From the NCBI RefSeq assembly GCF_021028975.2, contig NC_059429.1, positions 111,290,001 to 111,354,000 on the forward strand: 64,000 bases of DNA, written 5' to 3'. The stretch comes from Sphaerodactylus townsendi. Taxonomy: Eukaryota. The notes beneath the pieces are model-generated. The model made no database searches, had not been told where the DNA came from, and saw only the letters and a program-made list of their open reading frames with translations. Positions within the stretch are counted from its first letter, which is position 1. Every line of letters starts with the position of its first letter. The translations under genes were made by a program, and so were the position numbers. Shown piece after piece: positions 50,027-61,950 of this stretch.

Positions 50027-51832
50027 CAGTGATGGCGAACCTTTTCAAGACCAAGTGCCCAAACTGCAACCCAAAACCCACTTATTTATCGCAAAGTGGT
50101 CCACCCACTCTTAAAAAGACCATCGTTAGATCCGGGTGATCTGGCCAATTACCGCCCCGTTTCGAATCTTTCGTTTCTGGGGAAGGTAATTGAGAGAGTG
50201 GTGTTGGAGCAGCTTCAAGGTTTTCTGGATGACGCGCTCGGCTTTTCGACCCCTTCCAGTCGATCCGGCTTCCGTGCTGGGCATGGGGCTGAGAACTGTT
50301 CTCGTCGCTGTCACAGATACGCTTACGTTAATACAGCATGACCCGAGGTAGTTGGTTACAGCTGCACAAGGTATTGCTTGATCTTACAGCAGCGTTCGAT
50401 GTGGTGCGATCACGACCTTTTGACCCACCGAACCTGGCTGTCTCTGGAGTCGCGGGGGCACTGTCCTTCAATGATAAGTATGCGATACCGTTTCTCGGGG
50501 GGTCCGGACTCAGCCAAAGTGAGATTATTATTAGGGATCAGGCCTCCCGGAAGTGCACCCGCTGTTCATTCTGCGGTGTACCCCAGGGGCATTGCTATCC
50601 CAGCTATTATTTAATATCTATATGCCCTTGACCCCTTGCTCCAGCTGCAAATTACGGAGTTTTGGGCTAGCACTTGTCATCGAGTATGAGGATGACGCGC
50701 AGCTCATTCTGTTGATGGATGGAGAGGAGCAGTCACACTTCCCTCTTGGCTCTACAGGCATTGTGCTGGAAGGCGGTTGCTGGTTGGTTGCGACAGAGCA
50801 AGTTAAAACTGAATCCTATCGAAGGCGGAGATCCTTTGGCTTGGCCAGCGAGTAAAGGATTTTTCCAGCCGCCCGGTGTGGGAGGAGATCACATTAGGCG
50901 CCGACCCCCCTCCGTTCGCAACCTGGGGAGTCCACCTGGATTACGTCTCTTTCAGTGGAGAACCCGGTGGCCCATATAACCCGGGTTGCTTTTTTCCACC
51001 TTCGTCAGGCCAGGCGGTTGGCTCCCATTCCTCCCAAAGCGGACCCCTAGCCACAGTGGTCCATGCAGCGGTCACCTCCAGAGCTGGACTAGTATTGCTA
51101 ACTTCACAAGCTCTCGCGAGGCAGCTTCCCTTGCGTCTACAGTTCGGAGAGACTAAGAAACTGAGGGTCCAACATGCGGTACGGCACGGTTTGCTTACAA
51201 GGCAGCGCCATTTACAGGGAACACATCCAATACGCTTTGTGCTGCGCCAGCTGCATTGGCTCCCCAGTAGAGTTCGAATCATTTTCAAAGGTGTTGGATG
51301 CTTTTGACCTTTAAGGCCTTACGTGAGCTTGGGACCCTCATTACCTGCATGAGGACTGCGCATCACCCCATATGTCCCTACGGCCCTCTCCGGCTCGGCT
51401 GAGGCCAATCTTTTGGTGGTCCCTGGCCCCTCAATGATGCGACTGGCATCCACACGGGCCAGGGCGCTTCTGACTCTGGCCCCGGCCTCTGGTGGAACAC
51501 TCTTCCACCAGCCATCCGAGACCCCTCTTAAGGGACAGCAGGGGAGTTCCGCCCAGGGCCTGTAAAATGGAACTGTTCATGAGGGCCTTTGGAGAGGACC
51601 AAAGGCCGCTGAAGGTGCCTTTTAGCTCTTAACACCTGGAGTCCTTCCTGTCTAATGGGACTCCACCATTCCCACTCCCCTCTTAGGGGAGGATTTAAAA
51701 TTAGGGTATTTGGACGCCTCTTATTTTTCTACTGCTGTTTTTAAAGGTTTTAACCATATTTATTTGTACTGAGATTCATGTTGTACACCGCCCAGAGCCC
51801 CTTGGGATGGGGCGGTATAAAAGTTTAATTAA

Positions 51833-51879
<47 letters not shown>

Positions 51880-52315
51880 AAGTGCCAACATGGCAATTTA
51901 ACCTGAATACTGAGGTTTTAGTATAGAAAAAACGGTTGGCTCCAAGGCGCGCATTTCTCAAGAGTAAGCTTGGTGGTAGTCAGTGGCTTTGCTTTGAAGC
52001 AACTGTGCAACGCTTCGAACGGGTGAATCACGACCCTAGGAGGGTTTACTCAGAAGCAAACCCCATTACCAGTAACCGAGCTTACTCTCAGGTAAAGGAT
52101 CATGCTTTTGTTCTTCCCATGAAAATCAGTAGGGTTTAACAGCGCTTAACAGGGTTACCTACACTGCTTCCCCAAAACTAGGTCTTAGGTTTAATGCTAA
52201 TTATCTCCCTGAAATAATTACACTATTATCACATGACAAACTCTGTGCACACGTGCCCACAGAGAGGGCTCTGAGTGCCACCTCTGGCACCCGTGCCATA
52301 GGTTCGCCACTGCTG
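50027..52315 (-). mobile_element. Second copy of the 500-bp hAT element, split by an L2 insertion
   Basis: 50027-50098 plus 51879-52315 reconstitute the reverse complement of 46231-46732. 8-bp TSD CCCTAGTT. Confidence 0.9.
50099..51878 (+). mobile_element. 5'-truncated L2-type LINE (about 1.8 kb) with (TAAA)n tail
   Basis: RT motifs LANYRPVSNLSFLGKVIERVV, LLDLTAAFDVV, CGVPQG and LHWLP. 6-bp TSD AAAGTG. Confidence 0.9.
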
Positions 52316-53798
52316 CCCTAGTTTTTAAACATTTTAAAACTGTTTACCTAAACCAGACCAGAATTTGATAGTAACAAAGCTAGCAATTGTGCCGTGTTAA
52401 TAACAGCCACACAGGCACACTCAGAAGTCCCATAGATTTTATTTGCTTACAGTGTTGGAATTTGCTATACTGCCTTATTTAACTGATACATCAGTATTTT
52501 AAATGGAATTATACTTCATATCTAGTCTAAAGAGCTAAATTAAAAATCCCAAAGAACATTCACGTGATTAAAATTCCCCCATTCGTCTATCCAGTTTTTA
52601 CAATATAACTGGTCACTAAAAGACAGTCCAAATAAGATTCAGATAGAGCAATCCTGACCTGGTCTAATCATAATCCTGCTTTGGAATATTAAGGCTTGCT
52701 CCCATGAAAGTGGTTTTAAGATTACACTTGGACTTATTCTTTGGAGGAGAAGAGTTCTGTGTAGTCTGAAAGATTTTATACTTTTCCTATCAATTAAAAC
52801 TGATTTAATGAAAGCATACCATCTTGTCCTTACTCTCACTTAGAAACTATTCGCTCACTTTTAAATGGTTTCTCAAAGGCCCCTTCCGCACATGCAGAAT
52901 AATCCGCTTTTAATCCGCTTTCAATGCTCTTTGTAGCTGTGCGGAATAGCAAAATCTCCTTGCAAACCATTGTGAAACTGGATTGAAAACACATTATTCT
53001 GTGCGTGCAGAAGGGTATTGGCCTGGATGTAAGTTTCCCCCCCTCTAGTTTTTATAACTCTTTTTCCAAAGGCCATTATTATGTATGTGAAGTGCTTTGA
53101 ACAATCAAAAGTAATGTTTAAATGCTAAGTTTAAGATGTCGACAACTATTAACAGTTTTGCACAAAGAGACAGTTCAGCGGGAAAGGACATTACATTGCA
53201 CTCCTGGAGAAAGTTTCAGTTGGAGAATTCCTGCTTCTCTTCTGCTCTTAAAGGTTAGCAATTCTTGCTGGATGTCCTGTAGAAATAATCTCTGCTATGC
53301 AGGGCAACATTGTGTGTAATGCTCAGAAGTGAGAAATGCTTTCTTTCATGGGGCTTACTCCCAGGTAAATATGAAAAGGACTGCAGCCATCGTCGAGGTT
53401 TATAATGCTCTGCCATGCTGGGGTTAAGGCCGGAGAAGAAATGAGTTGTCTTTTGCTGCTCTTTCATTTTCATTTAGCTTCTTTGAATGTCTGTCCTTCC
53501 CTAGCCCTGTGCAATGGTTGAGTCATCAAATGATGGGGGAAGGGGGAGCGCAGAGTGGCTGATTTATTCCTGTGCCTTTAAGCAGAAACCAGCCAGTAAA
53601 GTTTTCCACAGAATGGAGATGGAGCATTATTATCACCTCCCAAACTCTGCAGAGAATGACACAAAACTAGAAGCTAAGAAAAAAAATGAATGGCTCGTCT
53701 TCTGCCTGCATTGGGTGCTGCTGAATGGGATAACTCTGGGGCAGGTAGGGTTGCCAACTTCCAGGTATAGCCTGGATATCTCCTGGAATTGCAACTGA

Positions 53799-54370
53799 AC
53801 ATAAGAACATAAGAACTAGCCTGCTGGATCAGACCAGAGTCCATCTAGTCCAGCATTCTGCTACTCGCAGTGGCCCACCAGGTGCCTTTGCAGGATGCAG
53901 GATGTGAAAGCAATGGCCTGCTGCTGCTGCTGCTCCTGAGCACCTGGTCTGCTAAGGCATTTGCAATCTGAGATCAAGGAGGATCAAGATTGGTAGCCAT
54001 AGATTGACTTCTCCATAAATCTGTCCAAGCCCTTTTTAAAGCTATCCAGGTTAGTGGCCATCACCACCTCCTGTGGCAGCATATTCCAAACACCAATCAC
54101 ACGTTGCGTGAAGAAGTGTTTCCTTTTATTAGTCCTAATTCTTCCCCCCAGCATTTTCAATGAATGCCCCCTGGTTCTAGTATTGTGAGAAAGAGAGAAA
54201 AAATTCTCTCTGTCAACATTTTCTACCCCATGCATAATTTTATAACTTCAATCATATCCCCCCTCAGACGTCTCCTCTCCAAACTAAAGAGTCCCAAACG
54301 CTGCACCTCTCCTCATAAGGAAGGTGCTCCAGTCCTTCAATCATCCTTGTTGCCCTTCTCTGCACTTTTT
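53799..54370 (-). mobile_element. CR1 LINE 3' fragment
   Basis: ORF NTRTRGHSLKMLGGRIRTNKRKHFFTQRVIGVWNMLPQEVV, with an (ACATAAGA)n tail. Confidence 0.9.
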
Positions 54371-57300
54371 TTTTACTTCCAGCCTTCAAACAGCCTTCAA
54401 ACAACTGACTTCCAGCCTTCCAACAGCATTTCCCCTACAACAAAGGTTTTGGTTTGGAGGGTAGACTAGATGGCATTATACTATAGTAAGTTCCTTCTGT
54501 TCTTCAAACCTTACCCTAGCTGGGACCTCTCCCCCTCCAATTTTAGGAATTTCCCAACCAGAGGTTGGCTACTCTACATTCAAGGTCCTTTTCAGGCATT
54601 CAGTTTTGGTGCACCATATGTAATGAAGGCAACTTCTATTCACAGTTGTCCCGATACGTCTGCGGACACCATTTTGTGTGAGTAGGGCAATGTGTACAGC
54701 TTTAGTATGGGCAAAGGTCTACCCTCCAAGACCCAGTGTTCTGTTTTCATGCACCAAAGTTGTATTATGGAAAAATATGCTACTCTATTCACATAAAACA
54801 TTGCCATATTTGCACAAAAAGGTGACTCTGCAAATTGTAATTCTGAACTAGGCCCTAGAGCGTAGATCAAAATATCCATACAATGGGTCTGGGAACAAAT
54901 TTGTCTCTGTAAACAATAGGGAAGTCCCAGTCCTGGAGAAGGATGTGTAAACTAAAAGGACACATTTGGGGAGGTATACTGTAATGGTTTAAATGGGCAG
55001 TTTGTAGGAACAAGTCACTTTGGCATGACCCAGGACCAAAGGGATGATTTTGATCCTGGACCAAGAAAATTGCCTGTGTGACTCGTGACCCCTTAAGTCT
55101 AGGGTTATTAGCTCTGCATTTGGAAATAACTGGAGATTTTGGTGGCAGAACATGGTGAGGGCAGGGTTTGGCGAGGGCAGGGACTTTGGCATGGAGTAAC
55201 GGCGTAGAGTATACCCTCGACAGTAGCCATTTGCTCCAGGTGAATTGGACTTGGTCTTCCACAGATCAATTGCAATAGCTGGAGATTTCCAAGTGCCACT
55301 TGGATGATGGCATCCTTACCCCCTTAACTTACTATTTTATTTAGAAAATGTGTATGCCACCTGTCCAAAAACCTGCTTGGGGCAGCTTGTGAAATCAAAA
55401 TCATGAAAACATTTTTTTTTTAAAAAACTGTATAAAATTATCAGTGATAAACAAGTCACAAGATTCACTATCTTTGAAGGTATCCTCTGTAGCTGTTAAT
55501 GAGGAAGGTCTTTTTTCTTCCATGCTTGCTCATTCTAGGCTTGTTTTATAAGTTAAAGCACTATTGAGAGCTAGTGGGAATTAAAATATAAAGAGCTGGT
55601 TTATTCCAGTGTTCCATTTAGCTCATCCCAGCCCACCAACTGCTCTCCAGGATCACAGGCAAAGGTCTTTCTCAGAAGGGCAGCCCGGGAGCCTCCATCT
55701 GCCTGGGATTAAGCCCAGGGCCTACTATGTACAAAATCTGTCTTCTCCCACAGAGTGGTGGCCTTTCCCAGTACACGCGAACTCCTCCCTGAGCTTATTT
55801 CACTCAAAATGATCATTCTCTGGATGGGGTTTGTGTGTCCTCTGGGGAAGCTACTGAGGAAGAAGGCTATAAAAATACCCCATGTGCAACTGGCGGTTTG
55901 CCTATGAGAAAGCAAATCCTGAGGGGAGTGAATGCTTTCATGCTGGTAATAAATATTTGTGTTTCTCTAGCATAGTTTATCCCAGGATACCCTTGCTGTG
56001 TGGAGATGGGGTGGGGAGAGTGGTGGCTTGCTAATTTGAGGACAGGACTTCATGGTATTGAGTGATGGAGTAGGTTTTGCTGCGTTGGTGGTTTGCCAGT
56101 TACTGAGGTAACCGTATCAACAGAAGGAGGACAACGAAACAGGGCAGAAAAACTGGCTTGAGCGAAATTAATGTTCTGAAGTAATTGATGGAAAGGAACC
56201 AGGCTCCTTCTGGGGAGGATTGGCCACAACAAGAAGGCTTTTGTTACACTTCACATCTTGCTGCTTTGAGAAAACACAATAGTCTTTCTTTCCAGCCACC
56301 CTCCTCATAGAAAACGCATCATTCTTCTTCTTGTGATCCAAGTAGGAATCATCTCAGTGAAGTCCAGTCTCAGCATGTCTGCTGGAAGAGATCCAGGGAT
56401 ATGGTTCCATTTTTACAGGTGTGGAAACAGATGAGAGGGAAGAAATTAAATGATTTGCAGACCCTGCAAATTCTTCCTTAGGCTGTATCCATTCCCAGTA
56501 AGAGCTGAAGCATTAAAGTACATGATGGGTGGGAGGACAGAAGGCCAAGTGTGCTGTTTTGCAGAAGGAGCTTATAAGCATTTCAGAGCAGGGAAGAGAT
56601 AGTTCAGTACCTGCATTATACAGGCTTGGTTCATTTCCCTTCTGCTGTCTCAAATGAAATGAAGTCAAATTACAAGGCTTTTTGTATTTATCTTTACAAT
56701 GAATTTCTCCATAAACTTGAAGAAGTCTCTGAACTGGGCTGGCTCTTAAGAGGAATTAGGCAAGGAGACTTTCCAGAGTGTGTATAGGAGGACTGTTTTT
56801 TAAAAACCCTGTCAAGTTCACTGTTATTGCAGATAATGATCTGTTGAGATGAAAACTAAGAAAACCTCTATGCAAAGTCTAGAGAAGCGCCTTACACTGC
56901 ACAACTATCAAATAATTTTAATTGCAAGAGAGAAAATAAGAAAAGAGTCACAATATGGCAAACAGAGAAGGGAAAGAGGTACAGGTGCCAATTCTGGGTT
57001 GAGAAGATTCCTGGAGATTTTGGCGGGGTGGAGCCTAGGAAAGGTGGTATTTGGAGAGGGAAGGGACCTTAGCTGGGTATAATGCCATCGAGTCCACCCT
57101 CCAAAGCAACCATTTTCTCCAGAGGAAGTGATCTCTGTAGCCTGGAGATGTTATAATTCCAGAAGATCTTCAGGCTCCACTTCGAGGTGGCCAATTCTAA
57201 AAAGAATGGGCTGCTATCTGTAGTCACCTTATGCAGTATCCATCTAGGAATTATGATACTGCATGGAAGCACATTCCTCTCAACTTGCAAAATATCCAAA

Positions 57301-59133
57301 TCCACTGTCTAGGGTGGGAGGAGAAGTAGATTTTTCCACGTGCAACATTTGAGTGCTAAGAAAATGAGAGATGCTTGTAAAAGAAGCTCAATGAAGATGT
57401 ATGGCTTGTGGTCTGTGAAACAATTGCATGTTTGTTATTCATTCACACAGAGAAGGTTTATGTAGAAAGTCTCTTCATTTACAAAAAGCTTCTATGTTAT
57501 TTTAAAAGTTACTATGATATAGTGGTTGAACTAGGGGCTGGGAGACCTAGGTTCAAATCCCCAGTCTGCCAGGGGATCACTATACACTCTTACCCTAACC
57601 TACCTCACAGAGTACTTGCAAGGATTAAGTAAAGATGGGGAGAATAATGTCTCTCTGTATGGTGTGTGCTTCACCAAGTTCCTGATTCTACTGCTCACTG
57701 ATACCTTTGTTCTTTATGCTGTCTCTTTTTGTGGGCACTGAAATAATTGGCTATAAATCTAAAAATAAAGTGAGTTGTATTTTAAACTCCCTCTCCCTCT
57801 TTATAGATAACCTGAGAGAGTTTTGTCCTCTGATAATGAAACTAATTTACACAAACAGTGCTTTTATTACAAACCGTGATAAGGCTTGACGAAGGCTTTT
57901 TCACAGTTGTAAAGTAACCAACTAACAAGAGCTTTGTAAAACAAATTTTAGGGCTAATATGAAAGTTCACAGCTGAATTTTTCTGTTATGAAATAGGCTG
58001 TTTGGAAAGGGGATGGAGAAAGGTTTCATGAAATCCTTCTCCGCATGTTTCATTGCTTGACCTTTTCATCATGCTTTCCAACTGCTGAGCACTATTTGTT
58101 TCTGCTTTTTCTTCAACAAAAAAAGATTTCATACAGGAAGTATTCCCCTTGCTCTTAGTTTCAGTCTGATGCCATTCTGAATCTAAAAAAGCTGTATGTA
58201 GCATCATGGTGAGGCTAAAATAGAGTGGGACCAGTGCTTTGTCTCCTCCATTTGTCTTTTTTTTTGTTAAAGAAAGCGGGAAGAAAATAGTCCCATTTTC
58301 AGTAAGTGGGGTTAATTATCAGTAAGTGAGGTGGTACTTTTTGCAGTTCTTGCCCCCATCAGGAAAAAGGGAAGTCGTAAACAGAAAAATTCTAGTTCAA
58401 CCCTGATAGGTTCTTCTTTAAACTTAATAGTTCAGGTCCACCATATTTAACATCCAGGGGCTAGAGGAGGGACCCCCAACCTCTTTGACCCCGGGGTACC
58501 TTTGGAATTCTGACACAGGGTGGTGGGTGCAATTGCGAATTGGCTGCTAGGAGAGGTGGAGCAAACCACAAAATGGTTGCTGCAGGAGGCGAAGCTAACT
58601 ACACAATGTCCGGGAATTAGGTTATACATAATTCTAATAGTAAACCTGCAAGATTTCAGGCAAGTGCTGTTTAACATATTGCCTTTTAAAACAAACATAG
58701 TTTAGAAATATGTTTTGCATACTCAGCTTTCCTTCATTTACACAGTGAAGATCCTTGTGTTATGGTGGCAGTTGTTGCCAAAGCAGTTTAAAAAATCTAC
58801 ACAGCTAGATGTCCACCGCCTAATCAGAAGTCTTGCTAAGCAAAAGACCCACTATCCCCTCTCACTTTCTAAAAACACTTGGTAGGGACCAGGAAAAGTA
58901 TCGAAGAATACCACAATGCCCACGGCACCATGTTGGGGACCCGTGGTGGGCCAATGGATCCTTGGAGTCATTTTTCCAAATACCATATTGGTCATAGTCA
59001 GCTGAAACTGGAAAGTAGGTGATTATTATTAATGGAAAAATTGTGAATATATTTGCTGCCTGAAAAACTATTCTTTCATATACATTGTCTGATAAATATT
59101 ATGGATTAACTTAGTCCTCATTTTCGTTTCTAG

Positions 59134-59914
59134 GCACCTACCAAGGACAGTTCACCAATGGTATGCGCCACGGCTACGGTGTCCGACAGAGTGTGCCTTA
59201 TGGCATGGCAGCTGTAGTCCGCAACCCTCTAAGGACCTCCCTTACTTCCCTACGTAGTGAGCACAGTAACGGCACCTTGCTGCAACATGATTCCCCCTCA
59301 GCTAACCTGGAGAACCTTCCCATGACACCTACGATCACGCGGGGCGGTTTTGCTCTCAGCTTGTATGGAGATGCAGATGCTGGAAAGCTGAAGAAGGGAG
59401 GGCTCTTCAGAAGGAGCTCCCTTTTTGGGAAGTTGAAGAAATCAGAGTCAAAGACTTCCTTGTCCAGCCAAAGAAGCCGGCTCAGTTTTCTGAAGAGTGA
59501 GAGCGGGGTAAGTTCTGGTAGCGATGTTGCCTCCACAGCTAGCTTGGGAGAAGGTGCAGAGGGAGAGGATTTCCCACCTTTTGATGCCGATATTGATGCC
59601 ACCACGACGGAGTCCTATATGGGCGAGTGGAAGAATGACAAACGCTCTGGGTTTGGTGTGAGTGAGAGGTCGAGTGGCCTGAAGTATGAGGGAGAATGGC
59701 TGGATAATGTACGGCATGGATATGGTTGCACCACGTTGCCTGATGGCAAGAAGGAAGAAGGGAAGTACCGAATGAACGTCCTGATCAAAGGCATGAAGAA
59801 GCGGGTGATACCTCTGAAAAGTGCCAAGATAAGACAGAAAGTGGACCGGAGCATAGAAGGAGCTCAGAGGGCCTCAACCATTGCCAGGCAGAAATCTGAG
59901 ATTGCAGCTTCTAG
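59134..59914 (+). CDS. JPH2: Junctophilin-2 coding exon 2 (MORN repeat, joining region, last two MORN repeats, start of helical region)
   Basis: ttttcgtttctag|GC ACC TAC. Encodes [26 protein letters not shown]...[14 protein letters not shown]...EIAASR, donor AG|gtaaga. In frame with exon 1. Confidence 0.97.
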
Positions 59915-61037
59915 GTAAGAGCTCAAAGCAGTGGCCTCAACTAAGCCAGTACGGAAAGTATTCAGAGTTTCATTTTAAATTATAAATTGGTATTTGCAAC
60001 TGATGATCAGATTCTAGAAGTGTATATGCATATATCTGTGTTAGATGGACTGTGTCAGACAAACAAACAAAACTGTGTCATACAAATACATTCCTGTATA
60101 TTAAATAATGCAGTATTTGGTGCTAAGGATTATTATTCACCCATGTAGGCATATATCCTTGTGTTTGAACATACCTTCAGGACTCAGTGATGGATGGAGA
60201 ACTTCTGGAAGATAATGAAGAATTCTTATGACCGAGTTCTTATGCTATCCCTCTTTATTAATGTGATGGGGCACAGTTTCAAGAAGTGGTGATTAAGTTG
60301 CCGTGGCTTTGGGAAGATTAATATTGGACAATGTATGGCACTGTCTTGTACCAAACCATTCTCCAAGTTTTGTTGCCTGTGACTAGTAAAAGCTTTGTGA
60401 GGTCTTGAATTGAAGTATCACCTGAGAACCTGTAAACCTCATGGTTTATAAAGGCAAAGTGTGCTCTCTACCTTTAAAGCATGGCTTCTTCCATTATTTT
60501 GTGACAGAGGCATTGTTAAAATCGTACTATCTGTAATGATCTATAAAATTAATGAGTAGATTGGAAAATAAACTGGAATAAACTAGGGCAATGTAAAAGA
60601 CTTTATTAGGAGTGTTCAGATAGAATGAAATGTGCTTGTGTTAGATTGCCTATTGAAATGTAGCAGATATCCAACCTGAAGGGAAGGTACAGTGAACGCA
60701 AAGGACATCACGTGTGTAAATGGCCTCAGTCTTGCTCAGTCCACCTCATTAGCAAATCATGATCCCTCATGGCTTCTGTTCATGCAGACCTCATGATGCC
60801 AAGCATTTGCTCAAAAGCAATCCTTCCTATCTTTTTAACCAACGAAAAAGAAGATTGGGTGCAACTCATTATTTTTAAAAATAAAAATTTCCTAATTCTC
60901 TTCAGAACAGGTTGACCACAGCCATTTTGTGAATTTAGGGTTACCATGTACTTGCTGGGAAGAGGAGATCTCTCCTCCTCAGTAGACCTTGCATGCCAAT
61001 ACTCCAATACTGCCAATACTCCAGTGTTTGGTAAGAA

Positions 61038-61075
<38 letters not shown>

Positions 61076-61582
61076 TACCCGAAACTGATGTCACACTGTC
61101 ATATATATATATAACATCAGTTTCGGGTAATGCAATCAGTGGCGTTGGGGTAAAATGGTGCCTGGGGCAAAATGGAGCCCCCCATGGGCCTCTGCTCCCC
61201 ACCCCCTGCGGTGTCCCACCCCCCGCGCCCCTTTGCCCACTTACCTTAGTTTAGCGGGCTGCAAAGAACAGCCTGGCTGGGCGAGGCCAGCTGGTTGGCT
61301 TCTGCCAGGCTGGGTAGGGCGAGGGGGGAAGGGGAAGGAGTGTGGGGGGTGATTTTCCAACCCCCATGTGACCTCAATGGCGTGCGCCCGGGGCACGGCC
61401 CCCCCGACCCATGGTAGGTACGCAACTGCATTCAATCCACTTGTACAATTGTTTGAAAGTGGATTTTGCTGTTCCACACAGTAAAGTCCAGCTTCAAAGT
61501 GCATTGAAAGTGGATTGAAAGTGCATTATTCTGCATGAGCAGAAGAGGCCTAAGTGTTGTGTCCGTGAGCTTTGAAAATGCG

Positions 61583-61950
61583 TTGAAAATGCTGGGGGGA
61601 AGAATTAGGACTAATAAAAGGAAACACTTCTTCACACAACGTGTGATTGGTGTTTGGAATATGCTGCCACAGGAGGTGGTGATGGCCACTAACCTGGATA
61701 GCTTTAAAAGGGGCTTGGACAGATTTATGGAGAAGTCGATTGATGGCTACCAATCTTGATCCTCTTTGATCTGAGACTGCAAATGCCTTAACAGACCAGG
61801 TGATGGGGAGCAGCAGCAGCAGCAGAAGGCCATTGCTTTCACATCCTGCATGTGAGCTCCCAATGGCACCTGGTGGGCCACTGCGAGTAGCAGAGAGCTG
61901 GACTAGATGGACTGTGGTCTGATCCAGCTGGCTTGTTCTTATGTTCTTAT
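61583..61950 (+). mobile_element. CR1 LINE 3' fragment of the same young subfamily
   Basis: Nearly identical to the reverse complement of 53799-54160, tail gttcttatgttctta. Confidence 0.9.
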
